A DNA stretch of 64,000 nucleotides from an uncultured Bacillus sp. (GCA_947085265.1 CAMTVR010000012.1:252053-316052); one strand, 5' to 3'; positions 7,905 through 19,097 are shown, counted from the first letter of the stretch. Translations and numbers: made by a program. The notes: a model not told the origin generated them from the letters alone.

Positions 7905-8914
7905 ATCTTCCTGCCCATCACAGTCGCCATTTTGCGAACTTCATCCATCATTTTGCGATAAACATCGGGATTTAAGGATTGTGGGCCGTCTGATAACGCC
8001 TTTTCGGGTTGAGGATGAACTTCGACGATTAACCCGTCGGAGCCGGCGGCGACGGCTGCTCGCGCCATGGGCAACACATATCTCCATTTTCCGGTACCGT
8101 GGCTGGGATCGACAATGATAGGCAGATGACTGAGATGTTTCACGACCGGAACAGCGCTTAAATCCAGTGTATTCCTTGTATAAGTTTCAAACGTTCGGAT
8201 TCCGCGCTCGCACAAGATCACCTGATGATTCCCTTCATTTAAGATGTATTCGGCTGCCATTAACCACTCTTCAATCGTCGCGGACAGGCCTCTTTTTAAC
8301 AGAACAGGTTTGTCGGTCCGTCCGACGGCCTTCAGCAAGTGGAAGTTTTGCATATTTCTAGCGCCGATTTGCAGGATGTCCACGTATTCGAGCAACAAGG
8401 GCAGACTCTCCGTGTCCATCACCTCGGAGACAATTTTCAGACCCGTTTTTTCGCGCGCCTCGGCCAGGATTTTTAACCCTTCTTCGCCCATTCCCTGAAA
8501 GGAATAAGGAGAACTTCGCGGTTTAAATGCACCTCCACGGAGAAGCTGTGCACCCCCTTCTTTGACAATCATGGCTGTTTCCATGAGTTGCTCGCGGCTT
8601 TCAACAGAACATGGCCCTGCCATGACAACCAGTTGCTCTCCCCCGATTTGGACGTCTCCCACTGTGATCACCGTAGATTCGGGGTGGAACTGTTTGTTGG
8701 CCAGTTTGAAAGGCGCCTCGATATGCACGATTTTTTCCACATCCTCCATGACCTCGATAGCTTGGATGTTGACCTTTCGCTTGTCGCCAAGCACACCGAG
8801 AATGGTTCGGTTTTCCCCCGTGGAGATGTGAACGCCAAGCCCGGCCGCTTCCAGACGCTCTTTTACCTTTTCAATTGAATCTGGCTTGGCTTGTGGGCTC
8901 ATCACCACAATCAT
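7901..8914 (-). CDS. aroF: 3-deoxy-7-phosphoheptulonate (DAHP) synthase, type I-beta with N-terminal ferredoxin-like regulatory domain
   Basis: [44 protein letters not shown]... followed by GPCSVES...[17 protein letters not shown]. It closely resembles the Thermotoga maritima-type DAHPS. There is a 4-nt overlap with tyrA. Confidence 0.88.
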   Translation of the reverse strand: MIVVMSPQAKPDSIEKVKERLEAAGLGVHISTGENRTILGVLGDKRKVNIQAIEVMEDVEKIVHIEAPFKLANKQFHPESTVITVGDVQIGGEQLVVMAGPCSVESREQLMETAMIVKEGGAQLLRGGAFKPRSSPYSFQGMGEEGLKILAEAREKTGLKIVSEVMDTESLPLLLEYVDILQIGARNMQNFHLLKAVGRTDKPVLLKRGLSATIEEWLMAAEYILNEGNHQVILCERGIRTFETYTRNTLDLSAVPVVKHLSHLPIIVDPSHGTGKWRYVLPMARAAVAAGSDGLIVEVHPQPEKALSDGPQSLNPDVYRKMMDEVRKMATVMGRKI

Positions 8915-8962
8915 CGATTTCCCCTCCTATCCGTTTTCCGAGTCTCCCAGGACATTTTTCGT

Positions 8963-10084
8963 TCATGACGACAAAGAAGAAGCATTAAGAACTGATTCAA
9001 GGGCCGCTAGAAAACGCTGGTTTTCCTCACTGCTTCCAATGGTCACCCGAACGGTCGTGGGAACGCCGAGCGCTTCACCGGAGCGAACGATGATCCCTTG
9101 TCGGAGTAATGCTTCAAAAACGGGACCTGCCGGCTGCTTCAAGTCGATCAAGAGAAAATTGGCTTCCGAAGGATAGGCTGTCAGACCCATTTTCTCAATC
9201 CGGTTGTTAATCAACTGCATTCCTTCCCGGTTTTGCGCACGGCAATGGCGGACAAATTCTTGATCTTTCAATGCCGCCAGAGCTGCCACCTGCGCCAGTT
9301 GGTTGACGTTAAATGGCTCACGAACCCGATGTAACGGATCCAACGCGTCAGGGTGTGCCAAGGCATAACCGACACGCAATGCTGCGAGGCCATAAATTTT
9401 TGAAAAGGTGCGCAAAATGATCAAGTTCGGGTATTCTTTGAGCAGAGACAAGGTGTCTGGATAAGCCTCATTCATCACATATTCATAATAAGCTTCATCG
9501 GCTACAACCAGAATGTAATCCGGTACTTGCTCCAAGAATGCGGCAAATTCCTCTCTTGTGACGATGCAACCAGTCGGATTGTTCGGGTTGCAAATCCAGA
9601 TGACGCGGGTGTGATCTGTAATCGATGCAAGCATCGCCGACAAATCGTGACGTCCTTCACGGGTAGGGATTTCAATCACGTTGGCCCCTTCGATCTGGGC
9701 GTTGGTTTTATACCGCGGAAACGTAGGGTCCGCCATGATCGTCTCTGTGCCTGGTTGCAGGTAGGCGCGCGTGATCAGGGAGACGATTTCGTCTGAACCG
9801 TTCCCGACAATGATCTGCTCTTCGTCAATTTGGTAAAACGTTGCCAGGGCGTGTTTCAGTTCCCGAACGGCGCCATCTGGATAGACAGGCAGATGTTCCA
9901 GCGCCTCCTGGATCGCCTCTTTGACCTTGGGGGAATAACCAAAGGGATTTTCGTTTGAAGCCAACTTAATCACGTCACGAAGTCCGAATTCCCGTTGCAC
10001 TTCTGCGATGGGTTTACCGGGTTGATACATCGGCAACCCAACGACAGAGGATTTAGGTTGAAACGAAAGAGTCATGGAAATCAC
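8963..10084 (-). CDS. hisC: Histidinol-phosphate aminotransferase
   Basis: Class-II aminotransferase (LASNENPFG, SKIYGLAALRVGY). Sits downstream of trpA as in B. subtilis. Confidence 0.9.
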   Translation of the reverse strand: MISMTLSFQPKSSVVGLPMYQPGKPIAEVQREFGLRDVIKLASNENPFGYSPKVKEAIQEALEHLPVYPDGAVRELKHALATFYQIDEEQIIVGNGSDEIVSLITRAYLQPGTETIMADPTFPRYKTNAQIEGANVIEIPTREGRHDLSAMLASITDHTRVIWICNPNNPTGCIVTREEFAAFLEQVPDYILVVADEAYYEYVMNEAYPDTLSLLKEYPNLIILRTFSKIYGLAALRVGYALAHPDALDPLHRVREPFNVNQLAQVAALAALKDQEFVRHCRAQNREGMQLINNRIEKMGLTAYPSEANFLLIDLKQPAGPVFEALLRQGIIVRSGEALGVPTTVRVTIGSSEENQRFLAALESVLNASSLSS

Positions 10085-10157
10085 CTGTTTTTAGCTTGAT
10101 ATGTTTTTACCATTGAAACATGTTCAGAATCAGATTGCAACAGGTTGAAAACTCATT

Positions 10158-10967
10158 TTAGCCACCGATCAGTTGTCGGACATAGGCAGCGATCTGTTGT
10201 TCCGCGCGTGAGACATCTTCAGGCGAGCGGGAGAGCAAGGCGTCGGCATGGCGTTCAATTTCCCGGACAATCGCGCTGCCTACAACCACACCATCGCAAA
10301 GGGCGGCAAGTTCCTTGTATTGTTGAGCGTTGGAGACACCAAATCCGACCACCAGCGGCAGCTTGGTCCGTTCTCGCAAGGATTGAATCAGTCGCGTGAG
10401 TGCAGCATGAAACTGTTGCCTGATGCCTGTCACGCCCAGCGAAGAAACGCAATAGATCATCCCTCGTGCCTCATGCACAATCTGTTCTAAACGTGGAAGC
10501 GAGGTAGGAGCTGCCAACGGGATTAAGTGAATTCCTCCTCGCTCTGCCAATTCCCGCAGTTCCCGGCTTTCTTCCACCGGCAGATCCGGAACAATCAACC
10601 CGTCAAAACCGATTTCCTTCATTGTCTTGATCAACTGTGGAAGTCCGTATTGGAGCAGCGGGTTGAAGTAACTAAAGAGGATCAGCCCGGCCTGTAAGCC
10701 TTCTTCCCTGGACTTTGCGGCTATCGAAAGAACATCTTTCAGACGCGTTCCGGCTGCCAGTGCCCGTTCTGATGCTTTTTGAATGACGGGACCGTCTGCC
10801 AGCGGATCGGAGTATGGAACACCCAGTTCGATCAAATCTGCGCCGTTTTTTTCCAACAAGTGAAGGAGCTTGCGACTGGTTTCAAGGCTGGGATGGCCAC
10901 AAGTGAGAAAGGGGATAAACGCCGCTTTTCCTTGAGCGTTGGTAAAAACGTGATCAATGCGATTCAT
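10158..10967 (-). CDS. trpA: Tryptophan synthase alpha chain
   Basis: [27 protein letters not shown]. Overlaps the trpB stop. Confidence 0.93.
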   Translation of the reverse strand: MNRIDHVFTNAQGKAAFIPFLTCGHPSLETSRKLLHLLEKNGADLIELGVPYSDPLADGPVIQKASERALAAGTRLKDVLSIAAKSREEGLQAGLILFSYFNPLLQYGLPQLIKTMKEIGFDGLIVPDLPVEESRELRELAERGGIHLIPLAAPTSLPRLEQIVHEARGMIYCVSSLGVTGIRQQFHAALTRLIQSLRERTKLPLVVGFGVSNAQQYKELAALCDGVVVGSAIVREIERHADALLSRSPEDVSRAEQQIAAYVRQLIGG

Positions 10968-12166
10968 CGTTCCCCCTCCTTGAATGCCTGCATCACCGTG
11001 GCCATGTCTTTATCGCCTCTTCCAGAAAGGCAGATCACTAGAACTTCGTGCGGTTTCATTTGGGGCGCCAGCTTGATCGCTTCCGCCACTGCATGGGCGC
11101 TTTCCAAAGCAGGGATGATCCCTTCCAGTTGGCTCAACATCTTCAGAGCGGAAAGAGCTTCGTCATCACGAATGGCTGTATAGTGAGCCCGCCCTGTCTC
11201 CATCAGCCAAGCATGTTCCGGGCCAACCCCCGGATAGTCCAGTCCCGCAGAAATGGAATGAGCTTCCTGAATTTGTCCATCCTCGTCCTGTAGCAGATAG
11301 GTAAAGGCGCCGTGAATCACCCCGGGGCGTCCCTTGCTCAAACTGGCGGCATGAAAACCGGAATCCAGCCCTTTTCCGGCCGCCTCCACACCAACCAGCC
11401 GGACACCTTCTTCCTCGATGAACGGGTAAAAAAGCCCCATCGCGTTGCTGCCGCCACCGACGGATGCGACCAGAACATCCGGCAGGCGGTCGAACATCTC
11501 CAAACACTGTTGTTTCGTCTCATCGCCAATCACGCGTTGGAAATCACGCACCATTTGCGGATACGGGTGCGGTCCACCTACGGAACCCAAGACGTAAAAG
11601 GCTTCTTCCACGTTGGCCACCCAATTCCGGATCGCCTCATTCATCGCGTCTTTTAGCGTACGGCTGCCAGTCGTGACCGGAATCACTTCCGCTCCCAACA
11701 AATTCATCCGGAACACATTCAGTGCCTGCCGTTTCGTATCCTGTTCACCCATGAACACTTTGCATTCCATACCGAGCAACGCGGCGACGGTTGCGGTAGC
11801 GACCCCATGCTGTCCTGCTCCCGTCTCGGCCAATAATTTTCGCTTGCCCATCCGCTGTGCCAACAAAGCCTGCCCTAACGTGTTATTGATTTTGTGGGCA
11901 CCGGTATGGTTGAGATCTTCCCGCTTTAAGAAAATTTGCGCCCCCCCCAAGTGCTGGCTGAGACGGCGGGCATGTGTCAGTGGTGTCGGACGGCCCGAAT
12001 AAAAACGACGGAGTTCGTCCAGTTCACGCTGAAACGTCGGATCGTTCTTCGCATCCAGGTAAGCTTCTTCCAACTGATGCAAAGCCATCATCAATGTTTC
12101 TGGAACGTACTGCCCGCCGTATTTCCCAAATCGCCCCTTGGCCACTGGTTCAGTCGGTTGCGTCAT
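10964..12166 (-). CDS. trpB: Tryptophan synthase beta chain
   Basis: [32 protein letters not shown]. Confidence 0.95.
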   Translation of the reverse strand: MTQPTEPVAKGRFGKYGGQYVPETLMMALHQLEEAYLDAKNDPTFQRELDELRRFYSGRPTPLTHARRLSQHLGGAQIFLKREDLNHTGAHKINNTLGQALLAQRMGKRKLLAETGAGQHGVATATVAALLGMECKVFMGEQDTKRQALNVFRMNLLGAEVIPVTTGSRTLKDAMNEAIRNWVANVEEAFYVLGSVGGPHPYPQMVRDFQRVIGDETKQQCLEMFDRLPDVLVASVGGGSNAMGLFYPFIEEEGVRLVGVEAAGKGLDSGFHAASLSKGRPGVIHGAFTYLLQDEDGQIQEAHSISAGLDYPGVGPEHAWLMETGRAHYTAIRDDEALSALKMLSQLEGIIPALESAHAVAEAIKLAPQMKPHEVLVICLSGRGDKDMATVMQAFKEGER

Positions 12167-12797
12167 GGCTTCTCACCTTTTCTACAAATTGAACAATCTT
12201 TTGGACATCTTTCCTGCCGTTTGTTTCCACGCCGCTGGAGACATCGACGCCGTAAGGGCTGTACATTCGCAACAATTCATCCACATTTTCCGGGTTCAGT
12301 CCGCCGGCAACCCAATAAGGGGTCTCTCCTATGAGAACCTGGATATGGGGAATCAGGTTCCAAGAAAATCGCGTACCTGTTCCACCGCGTTGCGTGGGAT
12401 GGTATGTATCAAAAAGAAACGCATCGACAATTCCCTTATACCTAAAAATTTCCCTCTCAAGCTCAGCAAGACTCTTCACCGGGAGCGCCTTGATCAGTTT
12501 TACCGAATGCCGGCTGGACAGTTCTGCACAAAACGCCGGCGTTTCTTGGCCATGCAGTTGGAGATGGGTCAGCGGGACCTTTCTCAGAATAGAATCCAGT
12601 TCATCATGCGTCGGATTGACAAAGACTCCCACCTTGCCTATCGAGGCGGGAGCCTCTTTGACCAATTCCCTGGCCTGCTGTGGGGTTACCTGACGGCGGC
12701 TTTTCGCAAAAACAAATCCGATCAGATCAATGGGCATCGTTTTTATAGATTTTAGCACTTCAACGCTTTGCAGTCCACAAATTTTAATCTTCGTCAT
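12150..12797 (-). CDS. trpF: Phosphoribosylanthranilate isomerase
   Basis: MTKIKICGL... The 215-aa size and operon position fit. Confidence 0.9.
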   Translation of the reverse strand: MTKIKICGLQSVEVLKSIKTMPIDLIGFVFAKSRRQVTPQQARELVKEAPASIGKVGVFVNPTHDELDSILRKVPLTHLQLHGQETPAFCAELSSRHSVKLIKALPVKSLAELEREIFRYKGIVDAFLFDTYHPTQRGGTGTRFSWNLIPHIQVLIGETPYWVAGGLNPENVDELLRMYSPYGVDVSSGVETNGRKDVQKIVQFVEKVRSHDATD

Positions 12798-13570
12798 CGC
12801 GTACCCATCAGCTCCTGAATGGCAGCCGCCAAATCCTGTTGACGCATCAAGTGTTCACCAACCAGGACCCCACGCACACCCAGTTTGGAAAGCCAACGTA
12901 TATCTTCAGCTGTGGCTATCCCGCTTTCGCTGATCACCAGGATATCTTCCGGGATGTGTGGAAGAAGACGGGCTGTCGTCTCCAGATCAGTGTGAAACGT
13001 GCGCAAGTCTCGATTGTTGATCCCGATCATTTGGGGTTGCAAAGGCAAAACCCTTTCCAATTCTTCCTTGTTGTGCACTTCAATCAGCACCTGCATTCCC
13101 AATTGATGGGCCTCTCGGTAGAGCTCAGCCAACTGACTGTCCGACAAAATGGCCGCGATCAACAACAACGCGTCGGCTCCTGCAGCCCGAGCTTCGTACA
13201 CTTGCAGTGTATCAATAATAAAATCTTTGCGAAAGACCGGGATGTTTACCCGCTCTTTGATGGCAGTCAGATCGTGCAGATCGCCTTGAAAATATTGCTG
13301 ATCGGTAAGGACAGAAATGGCGTCGGCTCCTCCCTCTTGGTATGAACATGCGATTGCAAGGGGGTCAAAATCCGGCCGGATGACACCCTTCGAGGGGGAA
13401 GCTTTTTTCACTTCGGCAATGACAGCCATGAAATGATTGGGCTGACTGAGTGCCGCAAAAAAATCAAGGCAGGCACTTGCCTGCGCGGCCTTTTGACGCA
13501 GCTCTGATTCCCTGACGTACAGTACTGCCACTTCTTGCTTCTTTGTCGCTACAATTTTATCGAGAATCAT
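12794..13570 (-). CDS. trpC: Indole-3-glycerol-phosphate synthase
   Basis: MILDKIVATKKQEV..., IAEVKKASPSKG. Confidence 0.92.
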   Translation of the reverse strand: MILDKIVATKKQEVAVLYVRESELRQKAAQASACLDFFAALSQPNHFMAVIAEVKKASPSKGVIRPDFDPLAIACSYQEGGADAISVLTDQQYFQGDLHDLTAIKERVNIPVFRKDFIIDTLQVYEARAAGADALLLIAAILSDSQLAELYREAHQLGMQVLIEVHNKEELERVLPLQPQMIGINNRDLRTFHTDLETTARLLPHIPEDILVISESGIATAEDIRWLSKLGVRGVLVGEHLMRQQDLAAAIQELMGTR

Positions 13571-14606
13571 CAGCCAAAGCCTCCGTTACCTGTTTGATCT
13601 CTAGAAGTTTCTGATAGGCGGCTCCTGAATCCAGCAATTCTTTGGCCAACTGAATTCCTTCTTGCCAGCTGCGCGTCTTTCCGGCGATATAAAGGGCTGC
13701 TCCCGCATTGGCTAACACGATGTCACGCGGTCCCCCCTGGGCCCCTTGGAAAACCTCCATAATGATCCGTGCATTTTCTTCCGGACGTCCACCGGCAACG
13801 CTGCTGAGCGGGAAACGTTGGAGTCCCAACTCTTCCGGCACGATCTCGTAATGCTGAATGTGGCCGTCCCGCAATTCGGCAACATGTGTTTTCGCACTCA
13901 CCGATACTTCGTCCAGGCCGTCTTCACTGGCAACCACAAGCGCCCTCCGGACACCTAAGTTGGCCAGTACTTTCGGCAGAGTATGAAGCAGGCAAGAATC
14001 GTAGACGCCTAAGATCTGGGTTTCAGCGCCGGCCGGGTTGGTCAACGGTCCCAAGAGGTTGAATACGGTCCGAATTCGAATCTCGCGCCTGGGACCGATG
14101 GCATGTTTCATCGCCGGATGAAAATGCGGCGCGAAGAAAAAGGCAAAACCGGTCTGCTCCAGACATTGACTGACCCGGTGTGGTTCGAGATTGGTACGAA
14201 TTTGCAACGCTTCCAGCACGTCAGCGCTGCCGCTTTGGCCGGAGACCGCACGGTTCCCATGTTTGGCCACTTTGACGCCGCCTGCAGCAGCCACAATGGC
14301 CGCGGCAGTGGATATGTTAAAGGTACGTCCGCCATCACCGCCCGTTCCGCATGTATCCAACAATCCCTGACGACGGGCTGGGCGATTCTGAATTCGCTCG
14401 CGCATCGCCAACGCGAAACCGGTCACCTCTTCAACCGTCTCACCTTTCATCCGCAGGGCCGTAATCAAACTGGAGATTTGGGCCGGGGAAGCATCACCAT
14501 CCATAATCTGTCCCATCACCTCAAGTGCTTCTTGACGCGTCAGATCTTCCCCGTCCACCACCTTGCGGATTCCGTCTGTGATACGAAAGGTTTGGACCAT
14601 ACTCAT
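13557..14606 (-). CDS. trpD: Anthranilate phosphoribosyltransferase
   Basis: DTCGTGGDG and KHGNRAVSGQSGSADVLEALG-type motifs. It is the first gene after the trp leader. Confidence 0.93.
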   Translation of the reverse strand: MSMVQTFRITDGIRKVVDGEDLTRQEALEVMGQIMDGDASPAQISSLITALRMKGETVEEVTGFALAMRERIQNRPARRQGLLDTCGTGGDGGRTFNISTAAAIVAAAGGVKVAKHGNRAVSGQSGSADVLEALQIRTNLEPHRVSQCLEQTGFAFFFAPHFHPAMKHAIGPRREIRIRTVFNLLGPLTNPAGAETQILGVYDSCLLHTLPKVLANLGVRRALVVASEDGLDEVSVSAKTHVAELRDGHIQHYEIVPEELGLQRFPLSSVAGGRPEENARIIMEVFQGAQGGPRDIVLANAGAALYIAGKTRSWQEGIQLAKELLDSGAAYQKLLEIKQVTEALADDSR

Positions 14607-14694
14607 ACATCAACGCCCCCCTGCTTTTTTCCGCCATTTGAATCACTACCCGCATCGCTTTGGCTTTGTTCCATGATTCCGCCCAAATCGGCTT

Positions 14695-14727
14695 AAAAAT
14701 AAAAAAACCAAAGCTGAAGCTTTGGTC
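14695..14727 (-). terminator. trp attenuator terminator
   Basis: Minus strand reads ACCAAAGC-uuca-GCUUUGGU followed by UUUUUUAUUUUU. It lies 24 nt downstream of the GAG-repeat block and 88 nt upstream of the trpD start. Confidence 0.75.
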
Positions 14728-14750
14728 TTGGGTACACATGTATCCCATCC

Positions 14751-14810
14751 CTCACGCTCCGCTCAACTCATCTCTGCTCAACTTGACTCAAACTCATCTC
14801 AACTTCACTT
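14751..14810 (-). promoter_or_regulatory. TRAP (MtrB) binding site: NAG triplet repeats in the trp leader RNA
   Basis: Minus-strand RNA reads AAG-ug-AAG-uu-GAG-au-GAG-uuu-GAG-uc-AAG-uu-GAG-ca-GAG-au-GAG-uu-GAG-cg-GAG-cgu-GAG. That is 9 GAG and 3 AAG triplets with 2-3 nt spacers. mtrB is encoded in the same window. Confidence 0.8.
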
Positions 14811-14865
14811 AAAAAGGGATGTTGATGGATTCAGTTTCATAAAACATTTTACCGATTTAGAATTT

Positions 14866-14894
14866 AGAATAGATGAATCGATGACATCTGTCAA
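14866..14894 (-). promoter_or_regulatory. Putative trp operon promoter
   Basis: Minus strand reads TTGACA (14889-14894, overlapping the aroH stop codon), 17 nt, TATTCT (14866-14871). The -10 is only moderate. Confidence 0.45.
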
Positions 14895-15277
14895 GAGGAG
14901 GAAGGAACATTTTGATGTAAATCAGGACGCAACGAGACCGCATCGTTTAGAAAAACATGCCTGATCTCCTGTTGCGACTTATTGGTATGGGCAAGCAACA
15001 TCACTCGAATGCATTTGGGAAGCGAGCCGGGAACAGGAATCTCCTGGGCACACATCAAGGGAACCCACTGCCATCCCGGAATTTGGCGAACTGCTCTTGC
15101 AGGAAAAGCCGCATTTAAATCTTCCGTCGTCGTTAACCATACTGCAGAAACATCTTCTGCAATCAGTTGGTTTTCCCGGATGAGGACCTCCATCAGGGTT
15201 TGGGTAGCTGTAAGGATCGCTTCCTCAGAATTCTCGTTCACAGTTGTTGCTCCTCTAAACCCGCGCAAGAATGTCAT
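14891..15277 (-). CDS. aroH: Chorismate mutase, AroH class
   Basis: MTFLRGFRGATTVNENSEEAIL... is typical of monofunctional AroH. 128 aa. Confidence 0.88.
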   Translation of the reverse strand: MTFLRGFRGATTVNENSEEAILTATQTLMEVLIRENQLIAEDVSAVWLTTTEDLNAAFPARAVRQIPGWQWVPLMCAQEIPVPGSLPKCIRVMLLAHTNKSQQEIRHVFLNDAVSLRPDLHQNVPSSS

Positions 15278-16431
15278 CTCCTACCTTCCCCCTCTTGTGC
15301 ATAGATCTCATCGCTCGGGGTTTTTAAACCTTGCCGATTTTCCTCTTGCAATTCCTGCATCGCTTCGATCAGGAGGTCCGGTGGAACCACCTGATCGATC
15401 TGAACCTGACCAATTTTGAGCGGTAGAACCATGTGAATATCACCATGATTCACCTTTTTATCGTGATAGATCAACTCCAGAATCGCGTTCAGATCGGCAT
15501 CGGAGGGGAGCCGGATCGGTAACTCGAAACGTCTTAACAGTTCTGTCAGTGCTTCCTCGACCGCCTTCACTTCCGCATGAAACTTGGCGCCAACACGTGC
15601 GGCCACCACCATGCCGATGGCCACTCCTTCCCCATGCGCCAATCGCTGGTAACCATAATAGGATTCCAGCGCATGCCCGACGGTGTGGCCAAAATTGAGC
15701 ACCTTACGAAGCCCAGACTCACGTTCATCTTCTGAAACGACATGGGCTTTGATCTGGCAGGAACGGAAAAGCGCATCCTCCAACACATCATTTCGCAACC
15801 GGAGCAATGAATCGGCTTGTTTGGACAGCCATTGAAAAAATTCCGCATCCCAAATCACAGCATGTTTAATCACTTCCGCAAATCCGGAAAGGATTTCCCG
15901 CTTGGGCAAGGTACGTAGTGCTTTTAAATCATAAATGACCATTTTAGGTTGATGAAAAGCGCCGATCATATTTTTTCCTAACACATGATTGACGGCCACT
16001 TTTCCACCCACACTGCTGTCATGAGCCAGCAGAGTGGTTGGCAGCTGAACAAAAGCAATGCCACGCATGTAAGTGGCGGCTACAAAACCTGCCAAGTCGC
16101 CGACGACGCCGCCGCCGAGAGCGACGATGACCGATTGCCGATCCAGTTCGTATTCGATCGCCTGCGTGATCACCTGTTCATACATTTTCAGACTTTTTGA
16201 TTGCTCGCCCGCAGGAACGACACTGGTGTAAACTTGATAGCCGTGACTTTGTAACTGTTCCATCACCGTTGGCAGGTAAAAAGGCGCCACTTGTTGGTCG
16301 GTCACGACAAGAATTTTTCGTCTCCGATCAATGCCAGCATTGCGAAAGAGATCGCCAAGCGACTTTAATAACGATTCACCAATCAAAATCGGATAAGAAC
16401 GTTTTCCAAGTGAAACGGTGAGCTGTCTCAT
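15274..16431 (-). CDS. aroB: 3-dehydroquinate synthase
   Basis: GGGVVGDLAGFVAATYMRGI, and the metal-binding HxxGHxxE region (FGHTVGHALE). Confidence 0.92.
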   Translation of the reverse strand: MRQLTVSLGKRSYPILIGESLLKSLGDLFRNAGIDRRRKILVVTDQQVAPFYLPTVMEQLQSHGYQVYTSVVPAGEQSKSLKMYEQVITQAIEYELDRQSVIVALGGGVVGDLAGFVAATYMRGIAFVQLPTTLLAHDSSVGGKVAVNHVLGKNMIGAFHQPKMVIYDLKALRTLPKREILSGFAEVIKHAVIWDAEFFQWLSKQADSLLRLRNDVLEDALFRSCQIKAHVVSEDERESGLRKVLNFGHTVGHALESYYGYQRLAHGEGVAIGMVVAARVGAKFHAEVKAVEEALTELLRRFELPIRLPSDADLNAILELIYHDKKVNHGDIHMVLPLKIGQVQIDQVVPPDLLIEAMQELQEENRQGLKTPSDEIYAQEGEGRR

Positions 16432-16433
16432 GG

Positions 16434-17615
16434 CTAAAATCCCCTTACATATGTCTGATAAGATCGATAGTTTTGCGCCATTTCCTCCAAAGAGTCACCG
16501 GCAAATTTCTCCCGAAAAGCAGTCCCAAGCTCCCATGCGACCACCGCTTCGGCAACCACACTGGCCGCAGGAACGGCACAATTGTCAGAACGCTCAATAC
16601 TGGCGTTGAAGGGTTCTTTGGTGTCGATATCGACGCTTTGCAAAGGCTTATAAAGTGTCGGAATGGGTTTCATCACGCCACGAACAACAACACGCTCACC
16701 TGTTGTCATCCCTCCCTCAAAACCTCCTGCATGGTTGGTCTGCCGGTAAAACCCGCGATCTTTTGACCAATATATCGGATCGTGCACTTCGGAACCGCGC
16801 AATTGCCCTGCCCTGAAACCCTCGCCGATTTCTACCCCTTTAAATGCCTGAATGCTCATCACGGCTTGTGCCAAACGGCCATCCAGCTTGCGGTCCCAGT
16901 GCACATGGCTGCCTAGTCCAACCGGCAAGCCATCGGCCAACACTTCCACGATTCCGCCGAGGGAATCTCCTTCTTTTTTGGCCAGATCGATCTCGGCAAT
17001 CATCGCTTGTTCAGTTTCTTTAGAGATACAGCGAACAGGAGAATTTTCGGTGATCGATTGAATCTCTTTCAGCGGCATGATCAGAGCATTCTGGTGGTCA
17101 TGGTCGCTGATGCGGGCCGTTCCAATCTGGATGACATGCCCGGCTATCTCAATATCAAAACATTCCAACAGTTGTCGCATAAGCGCACCACATGCAACAC
17201 GTGCCGCAGTTTCCCTTGCGCTGGACCGTTCCAAAATATTCCGAATATCTGATTGACGATACTTGATCGCTCCGTTTAAATCAGCATGGCCTGGCCTCGG
17301 TCGTGAAACGCGCCGCTTATCTCGCGACTCTTCAGAAGGGGGTTCCACGCCCATTATCTCCTGCCAGTGGATCCAATCTTTGTTTTCGATGATCATACAA
17401 ATTGGAGCGCCTGTCGTTTTGCCATGGCGAACTCCCGCTGTAATGTGAACGGAGTCCTGTTCAATTTGCATTCGCAATCCGCGTCCGTAACCTTTTTGCC
17501 TGCGGCCCAGTTGCTCATTGATTTTAGAAAGGTCAACAGGAACATTGCTCGGCATTCCCTCGACGATCACCGTCAATTGGGGACCGTGAGATTCTCCGGC
17601 GGTTAGATAACGCAT
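16434..17615 (-). CDS. aroC: Chorismate synthase
   Basis: [14 protein letters not shown]..., [13 protein letters not shown]. Confidence 0.94.
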   Translation of the reverse strand: MRYLTAGESHGPQLTVIVEGMPSNVPVDLSKINEQLGRRQKGYGRGLRMQIEQDSVHITAGVRHGKTTGAPICMIIENKDWIHWQEIMGVEPPSEESRDKRRVSRPRPGHADLNGAIKYRQSDIRNILERSSARETAARVACGALMRQLLECFDIEIAGHVIQIGTARISDHDHQNALIMPLKEIQSITENSPVRCISKETEQAMIAEIDLAKKEGDSLGGIVEVLADGLPVGLGSHVHWDRKLDGRLAQAVMSIQAFKGVEIGEGFRAGQLRGSEVHDPIYWSKDRGFYRQTNHAGGFEGGMTTGERVVVRGVMKPIPTLYKPLQSVDIDTKEPFNASIERSDNCAVPAASVVAEAVVAWELGTAFREKFAGDSLEEMAQNYRSYQTYVRGF

Positions 17616-17680
17616 GTACTACCTCCTTCACTCCTATCCAATTCGTCACCAATTGTCATTCTCTCTATAACATATGGTTT

Positions 17681-17709
17681 ATTATAGTACAGCTGTTTTA
17701 TGGCAGCAA
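17681..17709 (-). promoter_or_regulatory. Putative promoter of aroC-aroB-aroH
   Basis: Minus strand reads TTGCTG, 17 nt, TATAAT (-10 at 17681-17686). Confidence 0.45.
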
Positions 17710-17721
17710 CGAAAAACCGGT

Positions 17722-18546
17722 TCAAGGTGAAATGTCAGATGTATGGGATGCCTGTCTCTGGTAAAAGAAGGGCGCGACCGAGTTCAGTCCATACTGATGA
17801 GGATGAAAAATCTGTTCCGTGCTGCCAACAAAAAGAAATCCGTTGGGCGCCAGCGAGTCGGATAATTTTCGGTACAGGTGATCCTTCGCTTCGTCGGTAA
17901 AATAAATCACCACATTTCGACAAAGGATTAAATCGAATCCCTTTGGAAATATCTCATGCAACAAGTCCAACTTACGGAAACGAATCTTTCCTTTGAAATG
18001 TTCTTTTCGCAGGGAAACAACATCTCCGTTTGGAATGAAATAAGCCTGTCTTTTTTCCGGTGGCAGGTTTTTGATCGCCTGCGCCGGATAGATCGCCTCT
18101 TTTGCTTTTTCCAAAACAAAAGGATCGATGTCTGTAGCCAAAATCTCGTAATGACGCACACCTGCATCCTCCAGAACCATGGCCAGTGTATAGGGTTCTT
18201 CACCCGTAGAGCAGGCTGAACTCCAGCAAACAAGACGTTTTTTTTCAGAAAAAATCCGCGGCAAAATCCTTGTGCGAAGCGTGTTCCACTGCTCCGGATT
18301 CCGATAAAACTCGGTGACATTAATGGTGATTCGCTTGAGCACCACGTCCTGGAGCGAACGGGATTGTCGAATGTCGGCGAGAAAACTCTGGAAATTATCG
18401 TATCCTAACTTGTCGCGCAGGGAAGTCAATCGCCTTTTCATCTGTTTTTCTTTGTAAAAATGGAGATCAATATGCAAAATTTGCTTCAAGCCTTGTACAA
18501 ATAATTGGTAATCATGATCCACGCTCACGGTACGCTCCTGTCCCAT
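17722..18546 (-). CDS. cheR: Chemotaxis protein methyltransferase
   Basis: CheR N-terminal helical domain plus a SAM-MTase domain (WSSACSTGEEPYTLAM, ILCRNVVIYF). Confidence 0.87.
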   Translation of the reverse strand: MGQERTVSVDHDYQLFVQGLKQILHIDLHFYKEKQMKRRLTSLRDKLGYDNFQSFLADIRQSRSLQDVVLKRITINVTEFYRNPEQWNTLRTRILPRIFSEKKRLVCWSSACSTGEEPYTLAMVLEDAGVRHYEILATDIDPFVLEKAKEAIYPAQAIKNLPPEKRQAYFIPNGDVVSLRKEHFKGKIRFRKLDLLHEIFPKGFDLILCRNVVIYFTDEAKDHLYRKLSDSLAPNGFLFVGSTEQIFHPHQYGLNSVAPFFYQRQASHTSDISP

Positions 18547-18582
18547 TCGTTTTCAAAAAACTCCGCAATATAGACGCCACTG

Positions 18583-18618
18583 AAAAAGAAGCCCATAGGG
18601 GTTTCCCGTGCGGGCTTC
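18583..18618 (-). terminator. Intrinsic terminator after ndk
   Basis: Minus strand has a GAAGCCC...GGGCUUC stem with an inner GGG-aaa-CCC, followed by UUUUUC. Confidence 0.55.
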
Positions 18619-18650
18619 TCTCGTCTCTCGTTCATCTGGTAACTTAGCTG

Positions 18651-19097
18651 TTATCGAATCCAGGATTGAATCGTTTTTTCGTAGGAGAGCAGTTCTTCCG
18701 GCTTGAAAAACAACTGGATTTCTCGTTCGGCATTTTCCGGTGAATCGGAGCCATGAATAATATTCATCCCGACTGTTATCCCATAATCGCCCCGGATGGT
18801 TCCGGGTTCAGCTTCCAGAGGATTGGTTTTTCCCATCATTTTCCTTGCAGCCGCAATCACCTGCTCACCTTGCCATACCATCGCAAAAACAGGCCCTGAC
18901 GTGATGAAATCTACCAGTTCTCTGAAGAATGGCTTTTCCTGGTGTTCCGCGTAATGCCGTTCCGCCAATTCGGTAGAAATCTGCATCAATTTGGCGCCTA
19001 TCAGTTGATAACCTTTTTTTTCAAAACGCATCACAATCTCGCCAACCAGATTGCGCTGTACCCCATCCGGTTTGACCATCACAAATGTACGCTCCAT
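18651..19097 (-). CDS. ndk: Nucleoside-diphosphate kinase
   Basis: [15 protein letters not shown]..., NIIHGSDS. Start ATG 19097 lies 6 nt after GGAGGA. Confidence 0.92.
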   Translation of the reverse strand: MERTFVMVKPDGVQRNLVGEIVMRFEKKGYQLIGAKLMQISTELAERHYAEHQEKPFFRELVDFITSGPVFAMVWQGEQVIAAARKMMGKTNPLEAEPGTIRGDYGITVGMNIIHGSDSPENAEREIQLFFKPEELLSYEKTIQSWIR

